Below, in pieces: positions 26,613-36,017 of a DNA stretch of 64,000 nt. The notes under the pieces were generated by a model. That model was not told where the DNA came from, made no database searches, and saw only the letters and a program-made list of their open reading frames with translations. The stretch is taken from contig DASYZR010000112.1 in NCBI GenBank assembly GCA_035945995.1, positions 3,230-67,229 on the forward strand, in the 5' to 3' direction. Position 1 is the first letter of the stretch. Every line of letters begins with the position of its first letter. The translations under genes were made by a program, and so were the position numbers. Source of the DNA: a bacterium. GTDB lineage: Bacteria; Sysuimicrobiota; Sysuimicrobiia; Sysuimicrobiales; Segetimicrobiaceae.

Positions 26613-28136
26613 CTACTTTGGCGCGGCCTCCCACATCCAGACCTTCTCGTCCGGCCGCGGCCGCCACGCGATCCAGTTGGCGACGCCGTAGAGGTCGTGC
26701 TGCTGCCACAACGGCACCCACGGCGCGAGCGGCACCAGGGCTTCCTGGACTTTGCGGAACGCGGCCGCGTTGGCCTTAGGCTCGACCGTGACCTCGGCCT
26801 TGTGGATCATGTCCTCGATCCGCGGATCGCCGAAACTGCTGTAGGTGAGACTCCCAACGAAGAGCTGCCCGACCGTTCCGCTCGGCTCGAGGTCCGGTCC
26901 CCAGCCGAGGAAGAACATGTCCCCCGCCTTGCGGTTGATGATCTTGTCGAGGTGGCTGCGCCACTCGTTCACCTGCACGTGCACGGTGATCCCCAACTTG
27001 CCGAGCTGCGCCGCGATCGCCTCGGACACTTCCTTGTCGAGCGGGTACCGCCCGCTCGGTGTATCGAGCGTCAGGGCGAGTTTCTTCGGATCGTACCCCG
27101 CCTCCTGAAGCATCTGCGCCGCCTTGTTGGGGTCGTAGCCGGTGCACCTGATCGCCGGATCGTATCCCGAATCAAAGCGGCTGACGTACCCGCAGATCCG
27201 GGTGGCCTGGCCTCCCAGCACGGTCTTGATAAGCTCATCGACATTCACGGCGTAGATCATTGCCTGCCGCACCTTCGGATTCTGCATCGGACCCGGGTGC
27301 AGCGTTTCCAGCGCGAGGTAGTTGATCCGGGAGCTCACCGTCGAGCGCACCTGCGCCCGTCCGCTTCGGTTGACGGTGTCGACGGCCTGCGGGGGCACGT
27401 CCTTCATCACGTCGATCTGACCCGACAGGAGCGCCGCGAGTCGCGCGCTGAACTCCGGGATCACCTGGAAGACGACCGTCTGGATCTTGGGCGTCCCGGC
27501 CCAGTAATTCGGATTCCGTTCAAGGACCAGCCGCTCGCCCCGGACCCATTCCTTGAACCTGTACGGCCCGGTGCCGGCCGGGTGTGCCGACGCGTAGTCG
27601 ACGCCGACCTTGCGCACATACTCCGGCGCCAGGATGAACAGTCCGGGCAGCGAGAGGTAACTCAGCAGCACCGGCATGGGCTCCGAGGTATGGATTCGGA
27701 CGGTGTGGTCGTTGACGACGTCCACACGATCGACCGGTTTGAAGCGCGGCAGGTAATGTGTCTTGTTCTTGGGGTCGAGGATGTACTCGAGCGTGAACTT
27801 CACGGCGTCGGCCGTGAACGGCTCGCCGTCGTGGAAGCGCACACCCTGCCGCAGCATGAACTCCCACGTCCGGTCGTCGATCACCCGATACCCCGTCGCC
27901 AGCCACGGCAGGATCTTCTCCGTCTTGGGATCACGCGTGAACAAGAGGTCGTACACGTTCTCGATCTGCGCGTTGGTGGTCCAGTCCACCACCGTGGCGC
28001 CCATGAGCGTCAACGGCTCCGCGCCGATGCCGATCGTGATCTGCGTCTTGGGCTGCGCGCCGGCGCCGGAGGGTGCCCCCAACCAGGGACCGGCCAGCAT
28101 CGCCAGGCCGAGCGCGAGCGCAACGAACCGCCGCAT
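26613..28136 (-). CDS. ABC transporter substrate-binding protein, family 5
   Basis: Signal peptide MRRFVALALGLAMLAGPWLGAPSGAGA. Family-5 SBP motifs (VRFHDGEPFTADAVKFT). Confidence 0.85.
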   Translation of the reverse strand: MRRFVALALGLAMLAGPWLGAPSGAGAQPKTQITIGIGAEPLTLMGATVVDWTTNAQIENVYDLLFTRDPKTEKILPWLATGYRVIDDRTWEFMLRQGVRFHDGEPFTADAVKFTLEYILDPKNKTHYLPRFKPVDRVDVVNDHTVRIHTSEPMPVLLSYLSLPGLFILAPEYVRKVGVDYASAHPAGTGPYRFKEWVRGERLVLERNPNYWAGTPKIQTVVFQVIPEFSARLAALLSGQIDVMKDVPPQAVDTVNRSGRAQVRSTVSSRINYLALETLHPGPMQNPKVRQAMIYAVNVDELIKTVLGGQATRICGYVSRFDSGYDPAIRCTGYDPNKAAQMLQEAGYDPKKLALTLDTPSGRYPLDKEVSEAIAAQLGKLGITVHVQVNEWRSHLDKIINRKAGDMFFLGWGPDLEPSGTVGQLFVGSLTYSSFGDPRIEDMIHKAEVTVEPKANAAAFRKVQEALVPLAPWVPLWQQHDLYGVANWIAWRPRPDEKVWMWEAAPK

Positions 28137-28139
28137 ATC

Positions 28140-29345
28140 CTATCGCCCTCCCCTCACCGGCACCGTCTGAGACTCGAGGTCACGCGGGAACTTCGTCGTG
28201 ATCTCCGGCCGGCCGCGTTTCACGATGACCGTGTCGTCGTGCCGGAAGCCGCCGACACCGTAGAGGTAGATGCCGGGCTCGCAGCTCCACACCTCGTTCT
28301 CCGTAAGCGGACGGTAGCTGAAGGCGATGTCGTCGGGATACTCGTGGCCGGCGAGGCCGATCCCGTGCCCGGTACGGTGGATGACCCGGTCGCCGAACCC
28401 GCGCCGCTCGAAGACGCCTTGGGCGGCGGCGTCCACGTCGGCCGCCGTCGCGCCCTCGACGAACGCGGTCGCCGCCGCGTCCTGGGCCTCGACCGCCGCG
28501 TCGAACGCCGCGGCCTGCTCGGGAGTCGGTGAGCCAACGAAGAATGTTCGCTCGTTTTCGCAAACGTAGCCATTGAGCCGGGGAATGATGATGTTCACGA
28601 TCCCGTGCCCGCGCTCGACCATCTGGCCGTAGTCACCGCTGACGCCGTGCGGACACGCGGCGTTGGGTCCGGTGAGTCCGGCGACGCGGAGTTCGACTTT
28701 GTAGTCGGGGAACCGGCGGACCGCCTCCTGCGCGAGCTCGTGAAGGACGAGCGTGTCGATCTCCGCGAGCGGCCGGCCGGGCGCCAGGTGCTCGCGATAT
28801 CGCGCCTGCCCCCAGTCGCTCAGTTCGGCGCCCTGGCGAATCAACGCCAGTTCTTCCTCGCACTTCACAAGCCGCATCTCGCGGAGAATCCGCCCGGCGT
28901 CGGCGAGCGTCAGGCCCGGCAGGAGATCCGGGACGCGCACAATCGGTCCGGCCGTACTGTCGACGCCGAGCCGGCCGCGCCGGATCCCCTTCCGCCGCAG
29001 CAGATCCGCCACCATCTGCGGCCACTGCGGCGTGACATGCGTCCGATGCTGGAGGCGATAGTGCTCCGCGTAGAAGTGCACCTCCGGAATCCATATCGAG
29101 CGGTGCTCGTCGGCGTAGCGGACGTGATTCGTCGACAGCTCGTGCATCACGAGGAACGGCCCGCCGTCGCGCGGCACGATCGCGGCCACCGGCCGCTCCC
29201 ATGGCTGCACGTCGAGAAAGTGGCCGGAAACATAGAGGAAGTTCTCCGGCGTCAGGACCGCGAGCGCCGCGAGATCGGCTTCCTCAAGGTCGCGACGAAT
29301 GCGGGCGAGACGATCCTCGTAGACACGGCGGCTGAGATAACCCAT
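28140..29345 (-). CDS. M24-family Xaa-Pro aminopeptidase/dipeptidase (creatinase N-domain plus M24)
   Basis: Metal-ligand blocks (HGVSGD, IIPRLNGY, HRTGHGIGLAGHE, SCEPGIY) typical of prolidase/PepP-like enzymes. Confidence 0.8.
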   Translation of the reverse strand: MGYLSRRVYEDRLARIRRDLEEADLAALAVLTPENFLYVSGHFLDVQPWERPVAAIVPRDGGPFLVMHELSTNHVRYADEHRSIWIPEVHFYAEHYRLQHRTHVTPQWPQMVADLLRRKGIRRGRLGVDSTAGPIVRVPDLLPGLTLADAGRILREMRLVKCEEELALIRQGAELSDWGQARYREHLAPGRPLAEIDTLVLHELAQEAVRRFPDYKVELRVAGLTGPNAACPHGVSGDYGQMVERGHGIVNIIIPRLNGYVCENERTFFVGSPTPEQAAAFDAAVEAQDAAATAFVEGATAADVDAAAQGVFERRGFGDRVIHRTGHGIGLAGHEYPDDIAFSYRPLTENEVWSCEPGIYLYGVGGFRHDDTVIVKRGRPEITTKFPRDLESQTVPVRGGR

Positions 29346-29830
29346 GACGCACCTCCGCGGACGGTCCCGAGAAGTTCGGGCCGCCGATATCGCGAACCTG
29401 CCGACTCATGTGGGACCGACCGCCGGAGGAAGTCCAGGGACAGCGCGGATAGGTTGCTGCTGGCGGAAGGGCACCTGACGCGGCGGCTGCTCGGGACGAT
29501 CGTGCAGCGGCTGGCCACGCTACCGGGGCCCGCAGGGTAGCAGACGCCATCGTTGCAACCACCGTCAGCGGCAAGGAGGCCGAGGAGCATGGTGTCCGAG
29601 AAATCGGCTGTCAGCGCGACCGCGCTGAGCTTTGGGGGGTTCAGGGGGACCCGAACAGGCCTTCGCATGGGCCACGTGATAGAGTCCGGACGAAGAACCT
29701 GGCCGGGCTCCGCAAATGGAAGGAGTCGAGGGCCAAAAACGGAAATCCCGGTCAATATCGCAGACATCGGGCACGCCGGTTCGGGAAGCCGCTACCGCGC
29801 GCAGCGGATAGTAGCCGTACCGAAGAGCAC

Positions 29831-32341
29831 ATGTTCCTGGTAAGCCGCTCGAAGGTTGGCATCGGGAGCCCACCGAAGGCGCCTTCAATCGGTACGAGCC
29901 GGTGCCATCGGGGGGATGGAGTGGCGCCTCGCTCGCGGAGACAGGGCACTAAGCGGCGGAGGGCTAGGCGGCCGGGGCGATCCTCCCGGCCGGCGCGTCA
30001 GGCGGCCCAAGCCCCGTCCCGGCGCCTCCACAACCTCCCGGCCGAACTCACCACGTTTATCGGACGAGAGCGCGAGATCGCGGAGATCGCACGTTTGCTC
30101 GCGTCCACCCGACTTCTGACCCTCACCGGCGCGGGCGGTTCGGGTAAGACGAGACTCGCCCTCCGGCTAGCCGCCGGTGTCCTCGGCGGGTACCCTGACG
30201 GCGTGTGGTTCGTCGATTTGGCCTCGGTGACCGATGGGGCGCTCGTTCCGAACAGCGTCGCGCTGGCCCTCGACGCCCCGGAACAGCCCACCCAACCGCT
30301 GGCCGACACGCTGGCGGAGTACTTGCGAACAAAGACGCTGCTGCTCGTGCTGGACAACTGTGAGCATCTCGGCGATGGGTGTCAGATGCTGGCGAATCGC
30401 CTGCTGCGCCACAGCCCTGGCCTTCGCATCTTGGCAACCAGCCGTGAGGTGCTGGGCGTCGATGGCGAGGCGACGTACCGAGTCCCGCCGCTGCGGGTGC
30501 CGGAGGTGCACGAAGCGCCGCCCGTGACAGACCTTGCGCAGTACGACGCGGTCCGTCTGTTCACCGAACGGGCGGCCCTCAATCAGCCGGGCTTCGCGCT
30601 CACGAGCGACAACGCCGCGGCGATCGTGCAGATCTGCCAGCGGCTGGATGGTATGCCCCTGGCCATCGAGTTTGCCGCCGCCCGTGTAGTGGTATTGTCG
30701 GTCGAGCAGATCGCGGCGCGGCTCGACGATCGGTTCCGGCTGTTGACGGCCCGGTCGAAGAAGACCCTCCCGCGTCACCAAACCCTCCGGGCGACCCTGG
30801 ACTGGAGCCACGATCTGCTGACGGAACATGAACGGACGCTGTTCAGGCGGCTCTCTGTCTTCACGGGCGGGTTCACGTTGGAAGCGGCCGAACAGGTCTG
30901 CGCGGCGGCCGGCATCGCAGGCCCAGACGTTCTGAACCTCGTGGGTCGCCTGGTCGATAAGTCACTCGTCATTGTGGATGAACGGGACCGGCACGCGCGG
31001 TATCGCCTGCTGGAGAGTGTGCGCCAGTACGGCCGCGAGCGGCTCGACGAGTCCGGAGACGCTGAGGTTATTCAGCGTCAGCATCGAGACTGGTATCTCG
31101 ACTTCGCCGAGCGCGCGACCACGAAGTTGCGCGGCCCCGAGCAGGACATGTGGCTCAGCCGCCTCGAGATCGAGCACGACAACCTCCGGGCGGCGCTCGG
31201 ATGGAGCAAGGCGGTTAGAGATGCGGCCGCAGTACTGCGGTTGGCCGGCGCCCTCACCTGGTTCTGGTTCATGAGCGAACACTGGAGTGAGGGCCGGCAA
31301 TGGGTCGAGGATGCCCTCGCGGCCGGTGGGGCGGCGACGCCGCTCCAGGTGTTCAGGGCGAAGTGGGGCGTCATTCTGTTTTCGCTGGCCCAAGGAGACC
31401 TCAGCCGGGCCTGCGAGTTGACCGAGGGCCTGAGCGTCAGTGCCGAGCTCATGCGTGACAGGGAGTGTTCGATGATCGCACATATCGCGGAAGGCATTTT
31501 GGCGCCCGAGATCGGGAAACCGGACCGGGCGATCGCCTTGCTCGAAGAGGCCGTCGCTCGTGCGCAAGAACTTGGCGATCAATGGCTGCTGGCATTCGCC
31601 CTCACGCAACTGTCGGCAAATGTGCGGAAGCGAGGCTACTACGCGCGGGCGGCCGATCTCTGCGCCGAAAGCACGCGGCTCTTTGAGCAACTCGGCGATC
31701 GGTGGCGCGTGTCCGTGGCGCTTCGCAACATGGGCATCACCTTGCTGTGCAACGGCGCGTTCGACGGCGCCGCGGCGGCCTTCGGCAGAGCCATCCGCCT
31801 GCGCACGCCGGCCCAGAATGGATGGGTCGCCTTTCAGTGCCTTGAGGGGTTGGCGTGCGTCGCCTGTGCGCAGGGTGCCCACGAACGAGCCGCCATCCTG
31901 TTCGCCGCCGCGCTGCCCATCCAAGAATATCTCCGGTCCCGTCGGGACCGAGACTTCTGGTTACAGGTTGAACACTACCTGGCCCGCACTCGTGCTTCCT
32001 TGAGCGACCAAGCGTTTGAGGCCGCGCGGAATTCGGGACAGGCGATGACGCTCGACCAGGCCGTCGAGTTCGCGGTGGGACCGGCAGGGTCGGAGATGGC
32101 GGTCGGCCGGCCGCGGCGCCCGAACGGACCAAGCGACGACCCTTTGACGACCCGCGAACGTGAGGTAGTCCGGCTCCTGGCTCGTGGCTCGACGAACCGG
32201 GAGATTGCCACGACCCTCGTGATCTCGGGGCGGACGGCCGAGGGCCACGTGCAGAGCATCCTCAACAAGCTCGGCCTCAGCACGCGCGCGCAGGTGGCCG
32301 TCTGGGCGGTTGACCACGGCTTTCGCCCGCCTTCCGCCTGA
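29831..32341 (+). CDS. Large LuxR-family transcriptional regulator with STAND/AAA ATPase and TPR-like region
   Basis: Walker A LTGAGGSGKTRLAL; FIGREREIAEI leader; C-terminal LuxR HTH (LTTREREVVRLLARGSTNREIATTLVISGRTAEGHVQSILNKLG). Start uncertain: ATG 29831 lacks an RBS, and an in-frame GTG at 29921 has GGGGGGA upstream. Confidence 0.8.
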   Translation: MFLVSRSKVGIGSPPKAPSIGTSRCHRGDGVAPRSRRQGTKRRRARRPGRSSRPARQAAQAPSRRLHNLPAELTTFIGREREIAEIARLLASTRLLTLTGAGGSGKTRLALRLAAGVLGGYPDGVWFVDLASVTDGALVPNSVALALDAPEQPTQPLADTLAEYLRTKTLLLVLDNCEHLGDGCQMLANRLLRHSPGLRILATSREVLGVDGEATYRVPPLRVPEVHEAPPVTDLAQYDAVRLFTERAALNQPGFALTSDNAAAIVQICQRLDGMPLAIEFAAARVVVLSVEQIAARLDDRFRLLTARSKKTLPRHQTLRATLDWSHDLLTEHERTLFRRLSVFTGGFTLEAAEQVCAAAGIAGPDVLNLVGRLVDKSLVIVDERDRHARYRLLESVRQYGRERLDESGDAEVIQRQHRDWYLDFAERATTKLRGPEQDMWLSRLEIEHDNLRAALGWSKAVRDAAAVLRLAGALTWFWFMSEHWSEGRQWVEDALAAGGAATPLQVFRAKWGVILFSLAQGDLSRACELTEGLSVSAELMRDRECSMIAHIAEGILAPEIGKPDRAIALLEEAVARAQELGDQWLLAFALTQLSANVRKRGYYARAADLCAESTRLFEQLGDRWRVSVALRNMGITLLCNGAFDGAAAAFGRAIRLRTPAQNGWVAFQCLEGLACVACAQGAHERAAILFAAALPIQEYLRSRRDRDFWLQVEHYLARTRASLSDQAFEAARNSGQAMTLDQAVEFAVGPAGSEMAVGRPRRPNGPSDDPLTTREREVVRLLARGSTNREIATTLVISGRTAEGHVQSILNKLGLSTRAQVAVWAVDHGFRPPSA

Positions 32342-32505
32342 CCGCTCGGAGCGGGGCTCCAGCGCGCCACGGTACCTACGCCGGAAAACACGTACCGACA
32401 ACCTCGAAAACGCGTACTTCTCACGGTGACGCCGGACCCTGTTCTCCTATAGCCTAACGGCGAATCGCGCAGGCACTTCGCCGGACGGAAGGAGGGCAGC
32501 GGCTC

Positions 32506-33357
32506 ATGCCGAGGGGCTACGCGCAACCGGAAGTGTTGGTCGAGACAAGTTGGCTCGGCGACCACCTACGCGATCCCGCAGTGCGGGTGGTCGAAATCTC
32601 CGAGAACGTCACGCTGTACGATCAGGGTCACATCCCGGGCGCCGTTCACTTTAACTGGCAGACGCAGCTGCAAGACCGAGTCCGCCGGGACTGGATCTCC
32701 AAAGAGCAATTCGAGCAGTTGCTCGGGACCTTTGGGATCGACAACAACAGCACGCTGGTGCTCTACGGCGACAAGAACAACTGGTTCGCCGCGTACACGT
32801 TCTGGCTGTGCAAGATGTTCGGGGTCGATCGGGTCCGCATTCTCAACGGCGGCCGTGCGAAGTGGATCGCGGAGGGCCGGCCCCTGAGCACCGACCCGCC
32901 CGCCCACCCGCGGGCGACCTTCCGCGCTAAGGAGCCCGACCTCAACATCCGGGCATTTCGAGATCAGGTGCAGGCACGCATCGGCGTGGACGGCGTTGCG
33001 CTCGTCGACGTGCGGTCGCCCCAAGAGTTCACCGGAGAACTCATCGCGATGCCGGCGTACCCGCAGGAGGGGGCGCAGCGCGGCGGCCACATCCCGGGCG
33101 CGCACAACATTCCCTGGGGCCAAAACGTGCGCGAGGACGGCACCTTCAAGGAGGCGGAGGACCTTCGCCGCCTGTACGAAAGCCGCGGCGTCCACCCGGA
33201 CAACGAGATCATCGCGTACTGCCGGATCGGCGAGCGCTCGTCGTTGACCTGGTTCACGCTCACGTACCTACTCGGGTACCCCCGCGTCCGTAACTACGAC
33301 GGCTCGTGGACGGAGTGGGGGAGTCTAGTCGGCGCGCCGGTCGAGCGGACCGCGTAG
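32506..33357 (+). CDS. Thiosulfate/3-mercaptopyruvate sulfurtransferase (tandem rhodanese domains)
   Basis: Two rhodanese domains; active-site loop CRIGERSS. Resembles SseA/TST. Confidence 0.8.
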   Translation: MPRGYAQPEVLVETSWLGDHLRDPAVRVVEISENVTLYDQGHIPGAVHFNWQTQLQDRVRRDWISKEQFEQLLGTFGIDNNSTLVLYGDKNNWFAAYTFWLCKMFGVDRVRILNGGRAKWIAEGRPLSTDPPAHPRATFRAKEPDLNIRAFRDQVQARIGVDGVALVDVRSPQEFTGELIAMPAYPQEGAQRGGHIPGAHNIPWGQNVREDGTFKEAEDLRRLYESRGVHPDNEIIAYCRIGERSSLTWFTLTYLLGYPRVRNYDGSWTEWGSLVGAPVERTA

Positions 33358-33380
33358 CCAAAACGAGAGGGGGAGAACGG

Positions 33381-33911
33381 ATGAAGCACATCGGATGGCG
33401 CACCGTTCCGGTCGTGCTCGCGTTTACCACCGCCGCGACGGTGGCGACCCTCAGCTCGGGCCGTCTCGGCCCGGAGGCCGCGGCCGGGGGAGGCGGCCCG
33501 CGACCCAGCGACGGTTGGACCCTGCACATCACCGCGAAGATGCACTTCCCAGGAAAACCTGATATGCTGGCGCACCACTTCTGCAAGCAGGTCGCCGGCG
33601 GCCTGATCGAGTGCCAGCTCTACGACAGCGGGGCGCCGGACGCCCGGCTCGTCGGGGTCGAGACGATCGTCCCTTCCGCGACCTACGCGAAGTTCTCCGC
33701 GGCGGAAAAGGCGCAGTGGCACTACCACCGAGTCGAAATTCCCCTCGTCTCGGCGGCGGTCCTCGACATGTCTCCGGACCAGGCGGAGAAGGTCGTCAAC
33801 TCAATCGTGGACACCTACGGAAAGATCTACCTGCTTTGGGATCCGTCCCGCCAAAGCATGCCAACCGGGCAGCCGAGCGTGACCATTCTGCCCCTGCCGA
33901 AGGCGAAGTGA
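33381..33911 (+). CDS. Secreted DUF1264-like protein
   Basis: ATG 33381 (GAGAGGGGGAG upstream). Signal peptide. AHHFCKQVAGGLIECQLYD...RLVGVETIV...AQWHYHRVEI resembles the DUF1264 (OBAP-like) pattern; assignment is from memory. Confidence 0.6.
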   Translation: MKHIGWRTVPVVLAFTTAATVATLSSGRLGPEAAAGGGGPRPSDGWTLHITAKMHFPGKPDMLAHHFCKQVAGGLIECQLYDSGAPDARLVGVETIVPSATYAKFSAAEKAQWHYHRVEIPLVSAAVLDMSPDQAEKVVNSIVDTYGKIYLLWDPSRQSMPTGQPSVTILPLPKAK

Positions 33912-34023
33912 CAACGACGGATGATCTGGCATGCGACGGGCGGGTAATGCCGCCTGCCCGTCCGCACGTAGAACGAATTGGTGGTCACGCAGCATGCACA
34001 CCCGACATTAGGAGGTGATCATC

Positions 34024-34239
34024 ATGAACCTCAGGCTCGTCCAGTTCAGCTTGGGCGCTGGACAACGCACTGCGGCAAAGGCAATCGTCGATAAAGTCGT
34101 ACCCGCGATCCGAGCACAACAGGGCTGCGACCGATGCGAATTCTTCGCCGACAACGAAACGGGCGACTACGGACTCGTCGTGTTGTGGGTCTCAAGGCAG
34201 GCCGCGGAGCGGGCGCGGCCAAATCTCATTACGCCGTAG
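34024..34239 (+). CDS. Short ABM (antibiotic-biosynthesis-monooxygenase)-like protein, C-terminally truncated
   Basis: AGGAGGTGA RBS; ATG at 34015 or 34024. Dabb/ABM pattern (QQGCDRCEFFADNETGDYGLVVLWVSRQAAE), but only 71-74 aa, ending 12 nt before the next gene. Confidence 0.45.
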   Translation: MNLRLVQFSLGAGQRTAAKAIVDKVVPAIRAQQGCDRCEFFADNETGDYGLVVLWVSRQAAERARPNLITP

Positions 34240-34250
34240 GGGAGGGCATC

Positions 34251-35636
34251 ATGCCAGAGCGGGCAGCGGTGGCAACGCTCAAGGCCAGCTTGCGGGGTGA
34301 ACTAATCGGTCGCGATGACGCGGCCTACGAGGCGGCTCGGAAGGTACACAATGGTATGATCGACCGGCATCCCGTGTTAGTCGCCCGGTGCACAGACGCC
34401 GGCGACGTGATCACGGCCCTGCGTTTTGGGCGGGAGCAGGGCCTGCCGATTTCCGTGCGCTGCGGCGGGCACAGCGCCGCGGGCCTCGGCGTCGTGGACG
34501 ACGGACTCGTGATCGACCTCGCCCCGATCCGATATGCTCGGGTCGACCCGGCGGCCCGCACGGTGCGCGTCGGCGGCGGGACGACGCTTGGGGACGTCGA
34601 CCATGCGACCCACGCCTACGGGATGGCGGTGCCGGCCGGAATCATCTCGACCACCGGTGTCGGCGGGCTGACGCTCGGCGGCGGGCTCGGCCACCTGACG
34701 CGCAAGTGCGGGCTCTCGATCGACAACCTGCTCGAGGCCGACATGGTGCTGGCCGACGGGCGGTCGGTGACTGTGGGGCCGGAGTCCCATCCGGACCTCT
34801 TCTGGGCAATCCGCGGCGGCGGCGGGAACTTCGGCATCGTCACGTCGTTTCTGTTCCGCTTGCAGCCGATCAGCACCGTCTGCGCCGGGCCGACACTCTG
34901 GCCGGTCGAGGATGCGTCCGAGGTGCTCGCGTGGTACCGGGAGTTCATGGCGGGGGCCCCCGACGACGTGGCGGGATTCTTCGCCTTCCTCACGATCCCG
35001 CCCGTGCCGCTCTTTCCCGAGGCACTGCACCTCAAGAAGATGTGCGGCGTGCTGTGGTGCTATACGGGCCCGGCGGAGCGGCTGGAGTCGGCGCTGCTCG
35101 CGCCCGTGCGGCGGTTCAAGACGCCGGCCCTCGAGCACGTCGGCCCGGTGCCGCTCCCGGCGCTCCAGACGCTCTTCGACCCGCTGTACCCGCCCGGGCT
35201 GCAATGGTATTGGAAGGCGGACTTCCTCAACGAGATCGCCACGGCGTCGATCCCGAAGCACGTCGAGCACGGGGCGGCGATGCCGACGATGTTGTCGAGC
35301 ATGCACATGTACCCGATCGACGGCGCGGCGGCGCGGGTCGGCGCGCACGACACCGCGTGGGCGTACCGCGACGCGAAGTTCGCGATGGTCATCATCGGCG
35401 TCGATCCGGATCCGGCGAAGAAGGACATCATCACCCGGTGGAGCCGAGACTACTGGAACGCCATCCATCCGTACTCGGCCGGCGGCGCCTACGTCAACTT
35501 CATGATGGACGAGGGCGAGGACCGCATCCAGGCGACCTACCGTGGCAATTATGCGCGCTTGGCGGCTGTGAAGCGGCAGTACGATCCCGAGAACGTGTTC
35601 CGCGTGAACCAGAACATCAAGCCCGCGGCCGCATAA
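34251..35636 (+). CDS. FAD-linked oxidase (BBE/vanillyl-alcohol-oxidase-type FAD-binding oxidoreductase)
   Basis: ATG 34251 with GGGGAGGG RBS. FAD_binding_4 motifs (RCGGHSAAG, GGGGNFGIVTSF) and a BBE-like C-terminus (YVNFMMDEGEDRI...YDPENVFRVNQNI). Confidence 0.8.
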   Translation: MPERAAVATLKASLRGELIGRDDAAYEAARKVHNGMIDRHPVLVARCTDAGDVITALRFGREQGLPISVRCGGHSAAGLGVVDDGLVIDLAPIRYARVDPAARTVRVGGGTTLGDVDHATHAYGMAVPAGIISTTGVGGLTLGGGLGHLTRKCGLSIDNLLEADMVLADGRSVTVGPESHPDLFWAIRGGGGNFGIVTSFLFRLQPISTVCAGPTLWPVEDASEVLAWYREFMAGAPDDVAGFFAFLTIPPVPLFPEALHLKKMCGVLWCYTGPAERLESALLAPVRRFKTPALEHVGPVPLPALQTLFDPLYPPGLQWYWKADFLNEIATASIPKHVEHGAAMPTMLSSMHMYPIDGAAARVGAHDTAWAYRDAKFAMVIIGVDPDPAKKDIITRWSRDYWNAIHPYSAGGAYVNFMMDEGEDRIQATYRGNYARLAAVKRQYDPENVFRVNQNIKPAAA

Positions 35637-35662
35637 GACACGGCGGCCTGGCGGCGCGCCGA

Positions 35663-35689
35663 CGGGGGCGGGCTCCCGGGCCCGCCCCG
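35663..35689. terminator. GC-rich hairpin downstream of the FAD-oxidase gene
   Basis: About 10-bp stem cgggggcggg/cccgccccg with a 6-nt loop, read directly. No U-tract. Confidence 0.4.
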
Positions 35690-35816
35690 TCTGACGGGGC
35701 GCGCTCGACTGAAGTGGCCTCGAATCGGACATTATCATTAAGACGAGTTCGGGCGTTCGCGGCCGTCGTTTGGGTGAGTCGAACGTGGGTGAGTCTGCCC
35801 TGGGGGGAGGATCGAT

Positions 35817-36017
35817 ATGGCGAAGGTGTATCTCATCAATTGCCGTGACGCCGGCGTTGATTGCAACTTTCAGGCCCGGGGTTCAAGCTTGGAAGAGGTC
35901 ATCCAACTCTGTGCTGAGCACGCTATCAAGGAGCACAATATGATGGCGTTTGGCCCCGAACTGTATACGAAGATGCGACGTTGTGTGAAGACCCTGGAGG
36001 CAGAGACATCAGGGTGA
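35817..36017 (+). CDS. DUF1059-family small protein
   Basis: GGGGGGAGG RBS. MAKVYLINCRDAGVDCNFQARGSSLEEVIQLCAEHAIKEHNM matches the DUF1059 pattern. Local GC is much lower than the window average. Confidence 0.7.
   Translation: MAKVYLINCRDAGVDCNFQARGSSLEEVIQLCAEHAIKEHNMMAFGPELYTKMRRCVKTLEAETSG

Noticed and set aside
29560-29830. Possible RNase P RNA (a ccgggctcc string resembling the P4 strand GGAAAGUCCGGGCUCC)
   Set aside because: The other universally conserved blocks (GGUAAGAGCGCACC, ACAGAACCCGGCUUA) are absent and no plausible P1-P4 pairing could be drawn. Treated as coincidence.
29831-32341. STAND ATPase as an antiphage Avs-type defence gene
   Set aside because: C-terminal LuxR-type HTH and absence of an effector domain indicate a MalT/LAL-type transcription factor. 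Kept as a low-interest finding only.
34015-34239. Calling the short ABM-like ORF a definite pseudogene
   Set aside because: It has a strong RBS and an intact ABM core; only the C-terminal ~20 residues seem missing. Without homolog alignment, truncation versus a naturally short variant cannot be decided, so it is kept as CDS with a note.
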